Below, one piece after another: positions 63,071 through 64,000 of a stretch of 64,000 nucleotides of DNA. Position 1 is the stretch's first letter; every line of letters starts with the position of its first letter. Origin of the DNA: Selaginella moellendorffii (Eukaryota; Plantae; Lycopodiophyta); the NCBI RefSeq assembly GCF_000143415.4, contig NW_003314268.1:1220768-1284767 (forward strand). Direction: 5' to 3'. The position numbers were made by a program, and so were the translations under genes. Under the pieces are notes generated by a model that was not told where the DNA came from, ran no database searches, and was given only the letters and a program-made list of their open reading frames with translations.

Positions 63071-64000
63071 AAAATATCTATTGTCATACTAAATCTATTA
63101 TATACTAAAATAGTAATTCGTACAGGGATTTGAAAATTTCCTCCAGTCATGAGGCTTTGGAAGTCTAATTGATTTTGCTATTTGGATGCAACTTAAAATT
63201 CTCAAGACCAAAACTACTATTTACTTTGCAACTTATCTTGGAATTTCAAGGCCAACACTTTACAAGTACACGAAGCCATCAACCCCAATTGGAGGGGGAT
63301 GCCACTAGCAAAGGTACTAAATCATCTTTAGATTAATGTTTCTATGAATCATACTGGTACAAACTAGGGATTATCAACTCCTGCTCCAGCTATAAAACTA
63401 TAGGATATCACTTTAATTAATGTTAAATATAACAAGCTTTAGCTATATATGATTTAGCTATACTTCAACAAAAACACTTAACAAGAAATCATTGATAAGA
63501 ATACTCAAACGATGTGCTATATGTATTGCATTATATAATTATGAGTTTAATTTTATATTCCACAAATTATTTCCAGAAATTAGTCTTAGTCTTCTTTGTT
63601 GTAACCTATTGCAAGCTTATGAGATATGGTTTTTTATGTTCATACTGTGATCTATAGGGCAATTCATTACATTGTTGTGTATGAATTCTTAACCACAAAG
63701 TAAGCACATGCTATTTTTAACATTTACACACAGGATGTGAGGCAGTTCGGTAGGCCAAAATGACTAAGAAGTGACAATGCTTTTGAGCATAATGAGGTTG
63801 AGGCTGATATGATGAGTTATTAGGTAGAAGTTTTATACACATGATATCAAAATGAAACTAAGTATAATGTATTTGTGGTTTTTGGATCTTTCTTGGCTAC
63901 TACTCACTGCTTTATTGCAACACATTAGGCACTTGAACTGTCTCAGATAGTGTGGTAATGGCTTATTTCTTAATGACTTATGTCAAGTGGTAAGTAGAGC

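Overview
Plant nuclear DNA. Introns of about 50-65 nt, very compact GC3-rich genes and an intronless DYW-PPR gene suggest a lycophyte such as Selaginella; this is inferred, not verified. There are three zones. (1) 1-24.3 kb is a large inverted duplication (arms 247-4330 and 19037-24292). Each arm carries the 3' end of the neighbouring sufB gene and a dead Ty3/gypsy element. Between the arms lie a chromovirus-type gypsy element (4718-10483) and a non-coding LARD-like relative (10484-18548). (2) 24.1-41.7 kb is a gene island: sufB, a head-to-head very divergent frameshifted amidophosphoribosyltransferase-like gene, a small ORF, a RAD54B-like SNF2 ATPase, a Tubby-like F-box gene, a JAZ/TIFY gene, a FAX/TMEM14 gene and a DYW-PPR gene. 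(3) 41.9-64 kb holds degenerate repeated gene fragments split by a three-level nest (gypsy > chromovirus > TRIM), two assembly gaps and a possible KDZ-type transposase relic. The most notable points are: the chromovirus family has short intron-like inserts inside conserved integrase motifs in both genomic copies; the sufB / Fe-S-ligand-retaining pseudo-ATase pair; the sufB-containing fold-back; and a TRIM with a tRNA-like Pol III module. All coordinates and alignments were read by eye.
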